A stretch of DNA of 64,000 nt from Ministeria vibrans ATCC 50519 (lineage: Eukaryota; Protista; Filasterea), in NCBI GenBank assembly GCA_943704425.1, contig CALSCP010000524.1, positions 20,562 to 84,561 of the forward strand, in the 5' to 3' direction. Made by a program: the position numbers and the translations under genes. Shown here in pieces: positions 11,863 to 24,800 of the stretch (positions are counted from its first letter, which is position 1; each line of letters opens with the position of its first letter). The notes beneath the pieces are model-generated. The model saw nothing but the letters and a program-made list of their open reading frames with translations. It was not told the DNA's origin and did not search any database.

Positions 11863-14800
11863 TTACAAAAACTCTCTCAGTACTCTCTCACACTCGTCGT
11901 GGCCTTTCTCTTGTGCAATTGAGAGTGCTGTCTTGTTCGTGGTGGTGGCAAGACGCAAGTCTGCCTTGCGACCACAAAGCAGTCGCAATGCCTCTGGCTG
12001 GTTGGAAAGACATGCGACCATTGTCGCAGTGTAGCCAAATCCGTTGCGCGCGTTCAACTGTGCTGAAGACACAAACTCACATAAGACCGAAAGCACATTG
12101 GTGTGCCCGTTCTTGGCAGCAATCATGAGAAGTGTAGCGCCACTCTGATAGGTCGTGCTGGCGAGTTGTTGGTCGAGCGTGCAGAGCGTCCGTGTCACAA
12201 CTTCTTCACCTCTCCGCACTGCTTCGCGCAGGACGGGGCGCAAGGAATCCGCAGAGTATTGACCCTGTGGCATCACAGCAAGTACAAAGGCAGTAGGAAA
12301 GTGTGTATTCGCAACCGCGACCCTGAGAGCGCTCTGCAACTCGCGAGATTTTGAATTCGAGACAGAACAAAGATATTCCACGCAGCCAGTGTGCCCGAAG
12401 TGAGCAGAAATAGTCAGAACAGAGTGTAGTTGTCTAGGCTCAGAGTTATCTGGATTCTCAAAAAGGTATTTCAAGCAATCACGATGCCCTTTTGCTGCTG
12501 CATACAGCAACGCAGTCCACCCATCCTTGTCCTGTCGTGGTTCATTGCCACCTGGCTGTGTAAACAGGTACTCCACACAGCCAAGATGACNNNNNNNNNN
12601 NNNNNNNNNNNNNNNNNNNNNNNNNNNNNNNNNNNNNNNNNNNNNNNNNNNNNNNNNNNNNNNNNNNNNNNNNNNNNNNNNNNNNNNNNNNNNNNNNNNN
12701 NNNNNNNNNNNNNNNNNNNNNNNNNNNNNNNNNNNNNNNNNNNNNNNNNNNNNNNNNNNNNNNNNNNNNNNNNNNNNNNNNNNNNNNNNNNNNNNNNNNN
12801 NNNNNNNNNNNNNNNNNNNNNNNNNNNNNNNNNNNNNNNNNNNNNNNNNNNNNNNNNNNNNNNNNNNNNNNNNNNNNNNNNNNNNNNNNNNNNNNNNNNN
12901 NNNNNNNNNNNNNNNNNNNNNNNNNNNNNNNNNNNNNNNNNNNNNNNNNNNNNNNNNNNNNNNNNNNNNNNNNNNNNNNNNNNNNNNNNNNNNNNNNNNN
13001 NNNNNNNNNNNNNNNNNNNNNNNNNNNNNNNNNNNNNNNNNNNNNNNNNNNNNNNNNNNNNNNNNNNNNNNNNNNNNNNNNNNNNNNNNNNNNNNNNNNN
13101 NNNNNNNNNNNNNNNNNNNNNNNNNNNNNNNNNNNNNNNNNNNNNNNNNNNNNNNNNNNNNNNNNNNNNNNNNNNNNNNNNNNNNNNNNNNNNNNNNNNN
13201 NNNNNNNNNNNNNNNNNNNNNNNNNNNNNNNNNNNNNNNNNNNNNNNNNNNNNNNNNNNNNNNNNNNNNNNNNNNNNNNNNNNNNTGACTCATTCCATAC
13301 CATTCAACATCAGCAATGTACAAGTCAGACTGGACAAAGTGTCGCACTGCACCACAAATGTGAAAGTCTGAAGACACATCAACATTCACAAAACTGTCGC
13401 ACCCTTCAACGCCAAACACTCTCAAGGCAATCATCTCATGCCCCTTTGCAACACAGGCATAAAAATCGCCTGCACTCTGACTCGTCAACCAGTCGCGCAC
13501 CGACAAATGGAAGAAGCTCAGACCACCTTCCGCATCCTCACTCAGATACTGAGACAAGCGTCCGAGACACCGATAAAAGAAGATGGGATCGCGTTGCTTC
13601 GGGTCAATTCCACCAGCGTGTGACACAACAGCAAACAGCTGCTGGGGAGTGAGCGGTTCGCAAGCTGCCAACAGCACGTTGACAATGGGCAGCACATGAA
13701 TGCAATAATAGTCGGCGTCAAACTCAGTACGAAAGCACAAGAGATAGAAGGCGTCCATGTCATCACCAGCAGCGCCAGTTTCCCAATCTAGCTCACGGCC
13801 AATCACCAAATAGTCAAGGGCCACCGTGGCCCACTGGAAGTTCCCATGCGCACGCTTAACAAAAAGATCAAAGTCGATCGTCACACCAATGGGACCCAGC
13901 CGTGTTTGAGCATACAGCTTCATGTCCTCCTTCCCTGCAACATCGTCGACAAGGTCCACACGCTGCCATAGATTGACGTGAGATAGAACGGACGTGACTC
14001 TCGGAAGACGACGGCTCGTCACCAGAACGCGCAGCCAGCGCGGACAATCCCGAGCCAGTTTGTGCACCAGCTCTGTCACGGTTGTCGTCTCGCCACTCTC
14101 GAGAGCCTCATCAAGACCGTCCACAACGATCACGTATGTCACAGCATCTTTTGTCACCTCAACAGGCTTGGGAATGCGACATAGGGTTCGAGCAAGAGCG
14201 CCCACCATCTGCGACGGTGTCAAACGCAGCTGCCCGCCACCGAGCTCCTCCTTGATAACCACCTTGTATGTCTCGCTAAAGTGCGGAAGGCCCTCATTGC
14301 AACGCGACAATAGAGTCGTAGCAAATGTCTCGGCCTTGCGTGTCGATTCCACGTCGCGACGACACACGTAGTGGGCAGCAAGCATAATACAATCGACACG
14401 CTGATAGGACAGTTCAGGCGGACACACAATTTGCGCGGCAATCGCACTCTTGCCGAAACCTGGATCGCCAATGAGATGCACGCACGCCCCGCTCGCAAGC
14501 TTCGCTGCAATACTCTTCAGTAGCTCGTCGCGTCCGACAAACGCGGAAGTGCGCCGAGGCACAAATGATGGGTGCGACTCGTCGTACTCATGCAATTGAT
14601 CTTTGGGAAGGGCCAACCGAGACGTTTTCATATGACTCATTTTCAGGGCAATCTGACGAGAGACGGCAAGAGCGTCAAGCAGAGTCCTAAGTGACTTGAC
14701 ACACGAATCAAGCTGCCACGTCGTCTCCAGATCTTTGTCATGGCGCATCTCCCCAATGAGCACCGTCAGCAGGTTGGCCGCCTCAAGTGCCGCTGAGCGC

Positions 14801-16535
14801 TTCTCTGGCGTCAATGCAGCACCAATTTCGCTTTTCTCAATGAGGCAGCGCACCTGCGTCACGAGCACGTCGATGCTCCATTGGCAATCATGGTGGTAGT
14901 AGCTCTGCTCGGTCTTGTTGTCTCGCTTAAACGCGACATAGGCCCACGGATCGAGCCCAGTGGCAGCAGCATCGGTTAGTTGTGTGTCACTAACGGGCAG
15001 GGTCTGCAGGGATTTCTTGACCAGCTGGTGTGCTTCTGTGGTAAACAGCGCAAAACATCCGTGCACACGCATGAACACCTCATCAATGTCGGTGTAAGGA
15101 ACATGTGCAGACTGCAGCTGCTCATTTGCACCGACAAGGCGCGCTCCCCAGAGTTGCCGCAGAGAACCAGCGACACCAAGAGCATCGTCACGGGTATCGT
15201 CGCTAACATCAATGTCGCACTCGCTGAGTAGAAGAAGAAGGTCGGCCACGCACGCAATGCCACGAGCAATGCGCGTCGGGGCGACATAACTGTGACCGTT
15301 GTCGTTGCGCAGTGGGAAAATGACGGCAATGTAAGCGAGAAGGCGCTTCTCCAGGTCAGCAATGGCACCGGAGAAGTGAGCAGTGAGCAGCTCGGTCGCG
15401 TGGTGTCGCAATAAGAGACACACCGAGTACACATCCCATGTGTCTGTGTCGTCCAAGTCGGTCGGACGAGTGGCGTCACTGAGATCGCAGTGGGGTTTGT
15501 CGAAGCGCGCCTTGAAGTCGTCGTCGTCGGGGTACAGTTTGCGCAGCCATGAGTGCACCAGTGGAGCAACGATGCGCTTGACTTCGCGGAATGCCATGCG
15601 CAACTTGAGTGCTGCTTCGGTGTGCACGGTGATGTCATACGGTGTGCGCACGTTGGTTGTTGTTGGGCTCTTGAGCAAACGGGAGTTGTCGATCAACGTT
15701 GTCATGTCGGCAACACTAGGATGGCTCCAGTCGAGTGAGGGTTGAACAAGACCGCTTTGAAGGTAGCCCAAGAGAAGCTTGATGTCTCGTGGGGTGGAAA
15801 ACTTTGCAGACAGGTCGAGGAAGAGGCGTGCTGCTTGTTCGACAACGGTTGGTGTGATGGAAATGGCGGTGGTCACCTGCCAAACGAGATCGCGGAGCAG
15901 TGGTCTGGCCGAAGCTGAAAGGGCCGAGAGTGCAGTGAGCGAGTTATAGAGTGTGTTGAGAAGCGCTGCGACGGCGGGATTGTGTGCGTAGTGATCGAAG
16001 ACGGTGTTGTTCTTCAGGACAGCAAGAAGAAGACCCAACTTGCGAAGTTTGGCGTCGGAAGGCACTGGCGACAACTTGACAATGTCGCGGTACACTGTGC
16101 AAACGGTTCGAGAGACGACCGACTTCGGCGGCACACCTGCGTCATCCAGGCCGTCGAAAAGCGCGCGGAGGCGCGGAAAGAAGGGGAGAAGCGCGTCGTC
16201 AGCATTCACCCCCCAAAACACATGCTTTCTCTTAGAAAAAGCGAAGCGTAAGAACTTGTATATGCAATAGTGTTTTACGGAGTTACCTCTGGAGTGTTCA
16301 CAATCTTGAAGCAGGCGATGGCGATGTCGGAATAAACGTCGTGAAAATCGACGTCGGCGGATTTGCAATCGTCTTCGAGCAATCGCAGCTCGGCAGCGCC
16401 ACGATCCTTAACGAGGTGCTCGCAAGAGCAACGGCATGTTGTGGGTGACCGAGGAGTGTTGCATCTGCCAGACTTGGTGCACGCAGCTCGTGCGGGGAGA
16501 CCTGAGAGTGAAAGAGATAACTGTCAGCTCCAACA

Positions 16536-16567
<32 letters not shown>

Positions 16568-16601
16568 GAACGAACGAGCGCGCATATCCCGACGTACTCA
16601 T
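11863..16601 (-). CDS. NLR-like STAND protein: Swt1-like HEPN (plus a second degenerate copy), NACHT/NPHP3-type NTPase, winged helix, ankyrin repeats; two short 5' exons inferred; N gap in the ankyrin array
   Basis: FVGRDEL, Walker A GDPGFGKS, Walker B YVIVVDGLDEA, RVLVTSR, GNFQWA, FFHLSVRDWL; ankyrins DGWTALLYAAAKGH, GATLLMIAAKNGH, KTALSIAQEKGH; HEPN WDVYSVCLLL...LRNDNGH. Confidence 0.85.
12591..13284. other. Assembly gap (N run) inside the ankyrin array
   Basis: Direct sequence. Confidence 0.99.
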
Positions 16602-16733
16602 GAGCAAAGGTATCACTGTGTTCGCAAAGAAAAATGGGGTCGGAAAGTCGCGAGTTGAGACAGTGGGAAAAAAAAAATGAAATGAATATAATAAAATTAA
16701 TTGATCACACATTTGTGCCCTTTCTCACACTTC

Positions 16734-18338
16734 ATGTCGCGAAGGCCACTTGCCGAGAAGATAGCGGGAGCCTTTCCTGTAATATTTGTTACGCGTAGGA
16801 AGAAAACATGACACAACGATCAAAACGAAAAGTTCACCACTTCTCTCCTTCGCTCCACAGTGCTCTTTGGCTGGTCCTGGTACACTGTGGTGTTTGTGCT
16901 TAGCCCAACACTTCCCGTGGGCGGTCAGGTGTCTGTTATTCTCGCTGAACATTTGGTACAATACCAATAGAAAACGAAATGTCGACATCCCATAACCTTT
17001 TTGTCGTTTTGCCGCTTCCCGACCAGCTTCTGGCCTTAGCGGTGTGGTCATGGGTGAAAACAATGGCGCAGACACCCTCTGAGCCGCCGGCGTTCTTCTC
17101 GGCGACGCGCGATCAGCTTGAATTCGACGAGTACGACGATGTCATTGGCGTCGACGCACATCCCGAGAAGGACCGCCTTGCGTGCATCCGCCAGCGCACC
17201 AAGAACGGCAAGGTACCGCCGCCTTAGGCGAGTGCTTGGAGTGGCATGCGGCTGTGCAGCTCACGTCGGTTTGTTTGTGTAGTTTCGCTACTGCCATCCC
17301 TGTCAGGCACTCAAACCCGATCGCGCACATCACTGTTCCTTCTGCCACCAATGCGTCCTCAAGTTTGACCACCACTGTCCCTGGGTCAACAACTGTGTTT
17401 GCTTTGCAAACTACAGATATTTCTACCAGTTTGTCTGTAAGACTTAGAAAATAGTTCAAAGTGAAAGAAACTCATACTTTTGTACGTCTAGGTTATGCCT
17501 CACTCTACACAGTCTTCATCTTCTGCGTCACACTTCCCGTAGCAATCAGTTTCTTTACAGTAATCAACCGCCTAAATACTCCTCAACGCCCTCACCCTAA
17601 AGGCAACCCTAATTTTTCTGTCTCTACTTAGGGCTCCAACACCCAACACAGTGACACTGCCATTCGCATCCAACTTCTTATGCTCTGTTTCATCTCTCTC
17701 CCTTTTTCCCTCGCCGTCATTTCTCTCTCGTCCTACCATTCTTTTCTCATCCACTCAAACTCGACCACAAATGGTAAATACTCCATGTTAATACGATGAT
17801 ATTGGATATTGTCTCACTTTTCTTTTCTTTCCAGAGGCACTTTCTGCTCCTCGATTCGATGTCAAGCTGGTGAAAAAGAATGGTTATGATTTGGGCAGAA
17901 AAGCTAATTGGGAACAAGTCAGATTAAAACAAAAGAAAGCTGTGTCTGTGTTTGAGTCTCATTCTTTATTTTTAATAGGCTTTGGGTCCGTTTGGTCTCT
18001 CTCGATTTTTCCCCATCAACTTACCGGTGCAATCAGGCCCTGAAAACCAGTAAGACCTTAAAGTCCTCTCCTAGCAATCTCTCATGGGCTTCCTTTTCAG
18101 ACTTTGCAATGGTTTTTCGTATCCATTGTGTGCGACTGCAGAGCCCGTCGATTTGGACGGTCCCGTTTCCGTTGACGTGGGCGCACCCGCCTTGGCCTCC
18201 ACAACGCCACCAGCCGCCAGCCATAGCAATACGAGTAACAGTAGTAGTATTAATAGTAGTAGTAAGGCAAAAGGGAAGGGAGGTGTTCCGGAACTCGCGA
18301 CACTCTTGGGCGGTGCGGATGGCGATGAAAGCGAATAA
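16734..18338 (+). CDS. DHHC palmitoyltransferase (ZDHHC2/15/20-like), multi-exon
   Basis: [44 protein letters not shown]; NSTTNE (TTxE) formed across an intron; [13 protein letters not shown]; LCNGFSYP (PaCCT-like). Confidence 0.9.
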
Positions 18339-18472
18339 TACAATGTTATAATTATTATGAATATTATTATTATTATAATATTTATCACGAGTCGACTGTC
18401 GAATGACAAATCAAAAAATCAATTATTATTGTTTGCTTTATTACTCTTGTGCGTACACCCTGTGTGATATAC

Positions 18473-19772
18473 ATGTCCGCTTCACGCCACTCGGGGCGGC
18501 GGGAGAGCGTGCTGACGACGGCTGCGCTGCGTCGCAATGAACTCTTCCAGCGCCAAGACTCACTTGTTGGCACACCCACCAACCCGTTTGTGTCGCCCCG
18601 CAAGCTGCCATGGCACCACTGGCTCAAAGTGGGCGTCGTCGGCGTCGTGCTGGTGCCCGTGCGGCTGCTTGGGCTCACGGCGGTCCTGCTCGCCATTGCT
18701 CTCCTCTGCGCCCTCTCGCAAGTCGGCCAGTCGCTCACGGAGCGGAACAAGCCTCGTAAAGGATGGAGAAAGTAAGCTGCTGCGGCGGAGACGCCTCCCA
18801 CGACTGTCATGTCGTTGTTGGTCGAGTTTATTATGATGATTATTATGATTTTGAAATCGCTCTTTGTGTGTGTCTCTGCTTCAGACAGATTATGGAAGTG
18901 ATGCCACGCCTGTGTCGCATTGCCCTCTTCTTCCTGGGCTTCCACCACGTGCCGGTGAGCGGGGCCATTGCGCCCGCCATGGAGGCCCCCATCCTTGTGG
19001 TTGCGCCGCACTCCTCCTTTGTGGACTTCCTGCTCGTCGTCTCGCGCGTGTGGGCGTCTGGTGTCAGCCGCATTGAGAATGCCCGCATCCCCGTCTTCGG
19101 GCCCATCATCTCCTCCACCCAGCCCATCTACGTCGACCGCCGTGACAAGGAGAGCCGCAAGAACACCTTCAAGGCGATCAAAGAGCGCGCCAAGTCTGCA
19201 CACTACCGCACCATGATTTTCCCCGAAGGCACCACGACCAACCGAAAGGTGGGTGAGAAACCACCCCACACAGGCGCATACTAAGTTCTTGCCAACCCGC
19301 TATGGGCTCTCTTCTCTTCAGGCACTAATCACATTCAAGAGCGGCGCCTTCTCAGCGGGCGCTCCCGTCCAACCTGTCCTTCTGCGCTACCACAATCGCG
19401 AACTCGACCCTTCATGGACCCACACAGGACTCCCTCAGCTGCGGCTCTTCTTTCTCATGCTTGCCCAGCTTAACAACTATGCGTCCATTGAGTTCCTTCC
19501 TGTCTATCACCCATCTGCGGCAGAACAGTTCGACGCGACCCTCTTCTCCAAGTAAGTTCGTTCTACGCTCGTTCTACATCTCTTAGACGAGAAAAGTCTG
19601 ATAAGTCGTAACTTTTTTTTTCTCCGCATCTCAGTGGTGTTCGTCGGACAATGGCTGATGCACTGGGTGTCCCCGTCACCGAGCATACATATGAAGACTC
19701 GCGGCTAATGCTCGAGGCACACGCAAGTCATCTGCCGAAAGAGACGGGCGTCGTCGAGTTTGGACATCTCAA
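18473..19772 (+). CDS. Lysophospholipid acyltransferase (LPCAT1/2-like); 3' end not visible
   Basis: NPFV, VAPHSSFVD (HxxxxD), QPIYVDR, IFPEGTTTN, FKSGAF..GAPVQPVLLRY, IEFLPVYHPS, MADALGVPVTEHTYED. Confidence 0.9.
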
Positions 19773-19828
19773 GTATACGGTTTGTATTCACGTCGACACA
19801 CTCACTCACTCGCTCGCTCACCCACTCA

Positions 19829-19830
<2 letters not shown>

Positions 19831-19923
<93 letters not shown>
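19831..19923. repeat. (CA)n microsatellite, probable mis-join point
   Basis: Direct sequence; both flanking genes run into it without a terminal exon. Confidence 0.9.
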
Positions 19924-19925
<2 letters not shown>

Positions 19926-21565
19926 GGTGCTGAGCGTCAATGCGGGCGGCAAGGGCAATTTTTCCAGCAAGCATGCGACCAGCCTTGACACGCAGCTCAG
20001 AGGGCACTGACTGGACCACATCACACCCAAACACAATACCCTCGTGCAAATGCGACGAGGCACTTGAGAATCCCGCAAGAACCTTCTTGGCTTTCCCTGT
20101 ACATCCAGAGAGACAGACAGAAGGAATGAGAGAATAACGATACAACTGCAAATGGGTACCGAGCAAGTGAATGTTGCAGGCAGGAATGAGACTGAGCTTC
20201 TCGACACTGCCCGCAAGACCAACCAACTTAGCCGCAATGCTGTACGCAGAGGGAAGTATAAGAGAGAAAGAAGGATTGGGATAGCAGAGAGGCACAACAA
20301 AAGAATCAAACGTACACAAAGAGAACACATACAAAGGGACACACAAAAAGACACAGACACAAACACACAAAAACACACACAAAGAGAAAAAAAATACAAA
20401 AATGCACACAAAGTGCATACAAAGAGACGCACGCAAAAGACACACGCACAAGGAGAAGCTCATCAAAAAAGAGACACAGAAAAGATCACAGATGCTTGAG
20501 AGAGACATGAATCACCATATAACAAAACAATTTTGTAACGTACGGTGGACCAACAATAGCAGCAACATTGGGAGCCATAAGATTAATGCGGGAGGCGACA
20601 TAGGCATCCATCTTGGTGCGGTCGGCGTCCAGTTGCAGTGCCATGTCGCACGCCTCCTTCACCAACTACACACACACACACACACACACACACAAATACA
20701 TGCACAGTAAGAAAGCGCCCTTCTCTGTCGTGCTCATTGTATCACACACCTCCATCTTGTCCGCGGACAAGGGTCGTGCTTTGGTTGTGGATGCGGTAAC
20801 GTTGATTGCCATCAGCAGCGAACCGGGCAAGATGGTCTCCAGCTCCTTCGAGGTCACATTCAGCTCGTTTCCTACACACCCACACTTCAATACCCACACT
20901 CGCGGGGACGCCATGGCAAAGCGCATACCAAGGCAGCGCACAGTTCGCATGTAGTCAAGCGGATTCACCACGACCGACTCAAGTTCGGGAAAGCGGTCGG
21001 TGTAGAGATCGCGAGCGAAGCGGTGGATTGTAAACAGCTCATTCTCAACCTCCGACGCAATGTTATTGGCTCGCACCATCACCTGATACTCAGGATCAAC
21101 CTCAACGGGTCCTGAGATTTCTTGGCGCTATCACATTCAAAAAAACGAAAACGATCATCAAACGAAACACAAAAAAGATTGACACATCTCATCTCTTCTC
21201 ACACGCAAAAAACACACACCCACACACCCACACACACCCACCACTGGATCCATCCCGACCCACGCACCTCTTCCTGCAGCAGCAGTTGGTCTATGTCGCG
21301 CACAATGTTTCGGTATTTAGTGGACGACGTGAGCTTTGCAATGCGGCCGATGCTCCCCTCGCGCGCGGCCGTGTGGTCGGCACTCGCCCCGCCGCTGTCG
21401 CCATCTACACCAAGACAAGCGCCAGCGTCATCGCCCTGGACCCCTTGGGCGTTCTTTACCTCCTGTACCACTCACAGCCTCCTCCTCGTCCCCTTCGTCC
21501 ACCTCCTCATCTTCGTCTCCCTCAAGATCATCAAGATCGTTCAAAAGTTCGTCAGCAAGCGACAT
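19924..21565 (-). CDS. PRPF31: U4/U6 snRNP protein Prp31; C-terminal part missing
   Basis: MSLADELLNDLDD, GPVEVDPEYQVMVRANN, RFPELESVV, APNVAAIVG, IPACNIHLLG, LRVKAGRMLAGKIALAARIDA. Confidence 0.95.
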
Positions 21566-21867
21566 CTACAACGATCCTAAAAGATAAATCCAATTAATTC
21601 TAATGATTGAATTATCTGTTATTATACGCTCGTTCGATCTCCAGCGATGCTCACTCTCCAGCACCTCTCCAGTCTGCACGTTCGAGTCTTGACTCTTAAG
21701 TCTTCACTTTTTTACATCTAGTTGCTCTAACAAGCCGACACGAATCAAAAGGGCACTCGAATTGTCCTTGAATTGTCCTTTGATCGAATGCAGATAATGA
21801 GTCGTAATTATGTAGTGATAATAATTATTGTGATTAATTTTTTCATTGCCTTTCTTCTTATCTTGCC

Positions 21868-24800
21868 ATGTCCGGCAACACAGAAGGTTCACCCGCCACT
21901 GAATGTGAAAGTGAAAAGGAACGCCCAGCGGACGACGTGCGTGAATGCGAAGGGGCCCCGTCGCGCGACGCTGGCGGATCGTCCGCCACAGCAGAGACAG
22001 CGTCGAGCCATCTGGCCCACTTTGTTGATGCTCTCGTTGCGTTCCAGCAGAAACACGGCCACGCCAATGTGCCGCGTCGCTACCACGCCGACGTGTCGCT
22101 CGGCATCTTTGTCCACGCCTTGCGCAACGGGCGCGTGTCGCTGTCGGCGGCGGACGCAGCCCGGCTGCGCAAGGGCGGCGTCGGCGTGCTTGGCGCCGCC
22201 TCCTCACCCACCACCTTCGTCTCCTTCAGCGAACGCCTCGCCGAAGCCCGTCGCGGCACCCCCAACGTCGAGTGGCTTGCCACCCAGCGCAGCCTCCACA
22301 AGTACGAGATGCTGTCGCTTCCGCGCATCCGTCAACTTGCAGATGCCAAAATCGAAGGGTTCGTCAAGGGAAAGCGTCGCGCTGGTCCCCTCGCCAGTGC
22401 ATCGCCCGCAAAGAAGGCAGCGCTCACCTCCACCGACACCTCATCTAACACACCCACTCCTGTTCCCGTCGCCCCCGTCGCCCCCGCCACTACACAGGAG
22501 GAGGCAGCCACCACCTCCACGACTGGTCCATCAGCTGTCAACAACACGACCGACCCCGCCGATCCCGCTACGCCCAATCCTGTGACGGCCGACTTCGCCG
22601 ATCTTGACACTGCTGCTGCCAACACCACCAACCCCGACACTGCTTCTATTGCCGTCGTTGCATCTACAGCGGCGACCACCGCAAACGAGACGGTTGCAAC
22701 AACGAACAATGCTACCGTGGCAGGCGTCACGGAAATTGAAACAACACAGGTCAACGCGACCACCATGGCCCTAAATGCGACGAAGACCAGCGTGAATGGT
22801 GACACAGAAGCCTGTGACATCAAGTCATTTTTTCCACCACCATCTGCACCTGTTTCCTCAGCACCACCAGCAGCCGCCGCACGTACGACCACCTCGGAGA
22901 CCCTTGGTCGTCCGCGCAAGACTTCCGCAACACACAATCATTGGGAAGATCAATTTGCGGCCCTCATTTCCTTTCGTGACAAATACGGTCACACACGCGT
23001 GCCTACCAAAGCAGGACAGGTCCACTCGTCGCTTGGACGCTGGGTAGCTCGCCAACGCACCATTCACAGCAGCGGAAAAATGCAAGCGACTCGTCTCGCA
23101 GCACTCCAAAGCATCAATTTTGAGTGGACGCGTCGTCTCACGGGCACCAAGACACCCACCTCGACAGCTGCTGCTGCTGCTGCCACCGTAGCCGCCTCGG
23201 CCACTCCGGCATTTACACCATCCTCCACAATTGCCTCCCCATCAACGCCCTCCACCTTTTCTCTCGCCACCACCACCACCACCACCACTGCCGCTTCCGA
23301 GTCTGCTGCGACGTCAGCTCTGTCGGTGAGGCGCACACGAAAAGCACCACGTCGTATCGACTCCGCTTACGTCTACAACGACGATCCCGACTTTGTCCTC
23401 GACTACAGCGGCGCGCCTCTCCTCCTCCCGCCCGCCCCGCCTCGCAGCGCTAGTTCCACATCAAGTCCTCTCATGACCACATCCTCCGCTGTGTTTTCCA
23501 CCACGGCACCCCCAACACCCACTGCCACAGCGGCCACGGCATCTACCTCGCCTGCGCTTGCCCTTAATCCATCACCGGCAGCCGACCTCAGTTGGGCCGA
23601 TCGCCTGGCTGAGTTGCGTGTCTACGTTGAGGTGTTTGGCCATTGCAATGTACCCCCCGAGGTGGACGCGTCCCTCTCCGAGTGGAACATCAGCCAATTA
23701 CGGCGCAATGCCTACCGCCAGCTCTCGAGCGCTCAATTCAACGATCTCATGGTTGTCACACGTTGCCTGTGGCTCTCTCCCGGACCCGCCGTCTTCACCC
23801 ACGAGCTTCTCGAAGCGTACGTCTTGAAGCGCGAAGAACTCGCAGCCGGTCACGTCAACCCGCTGCTCAGTTGGTCGCGAGGCATCCACGACCTTGGACT
23901 CTTTCACAAGCTTGTTGGAAACTGCGCAGTGCCGCTCAGTCGACTGCGTCTTGCTCGCTGGGTCGCACACGTTCGTGTTCAGAGCGATGGTCATCATCTC
24001 AACGATGACTGCCGACAGCAACTCGCTCAACTCGACTTTCCCTTTGTCCACCCACTTGTTCGCAAACAAAGCAACAAACCATCTGCATCGCCCACTACTG
24101 CATCCGCCACACGCGCTCTTTGCAGCTTCGAAGAGGGCATTGCTCTACTCTCCAACTTTCGCGCCCGCTACGACCATGCTAACGTACCACTCGATTGCGA
24201 CACCCATCTCGGCCTGTCTGACTGGGCTGCCCACATCCGCTACGAGTTCGCCTTGGGCCGTCTTCCCGCTCTACAGATCGGCCAGCTCACTCAATTCGGC
24301 TTTCATTTTACTTCCGAAGAGGACACTTCGCCCCGTCAAGCAGCTTCCTCATCCTCCTCCTCCAACACGACCCATGGTCAATCTGGCACCAAGCGGCGGC
24401 CTCGTCAGTCCTCCAAGTCCAACGCCTCTGCCGTCGCCGCCGCCACCACTTATGGTGCTGCTGCTGCTGCTGCTGCTGCTGCCACTACTACTACTACTAC
24501 TACTACTTCTACAACTTCTACCACCACTACCGCTGTCGGTACCGTTTCCACTGATGCACCGGTACCCACATCAGCTGCGCTTATTTCCAGTCAACCATCT
24601 ACCTCCACCATCCCCACCACCACCGCCACGGGAGAGACTTCACTACCAAAGACGAACATCTCGCCTGACCAACTCAACGAACTGCAACGACAACAACAAA
24701 TCATCCGGCAGGCGCAGGCAGCAGTGCTGGACCATCAGTCGCATGGCGACTCACGCACCGCCGAAGGGCGCACATCCACTGCTGCACGCGAGGCCGCTCA

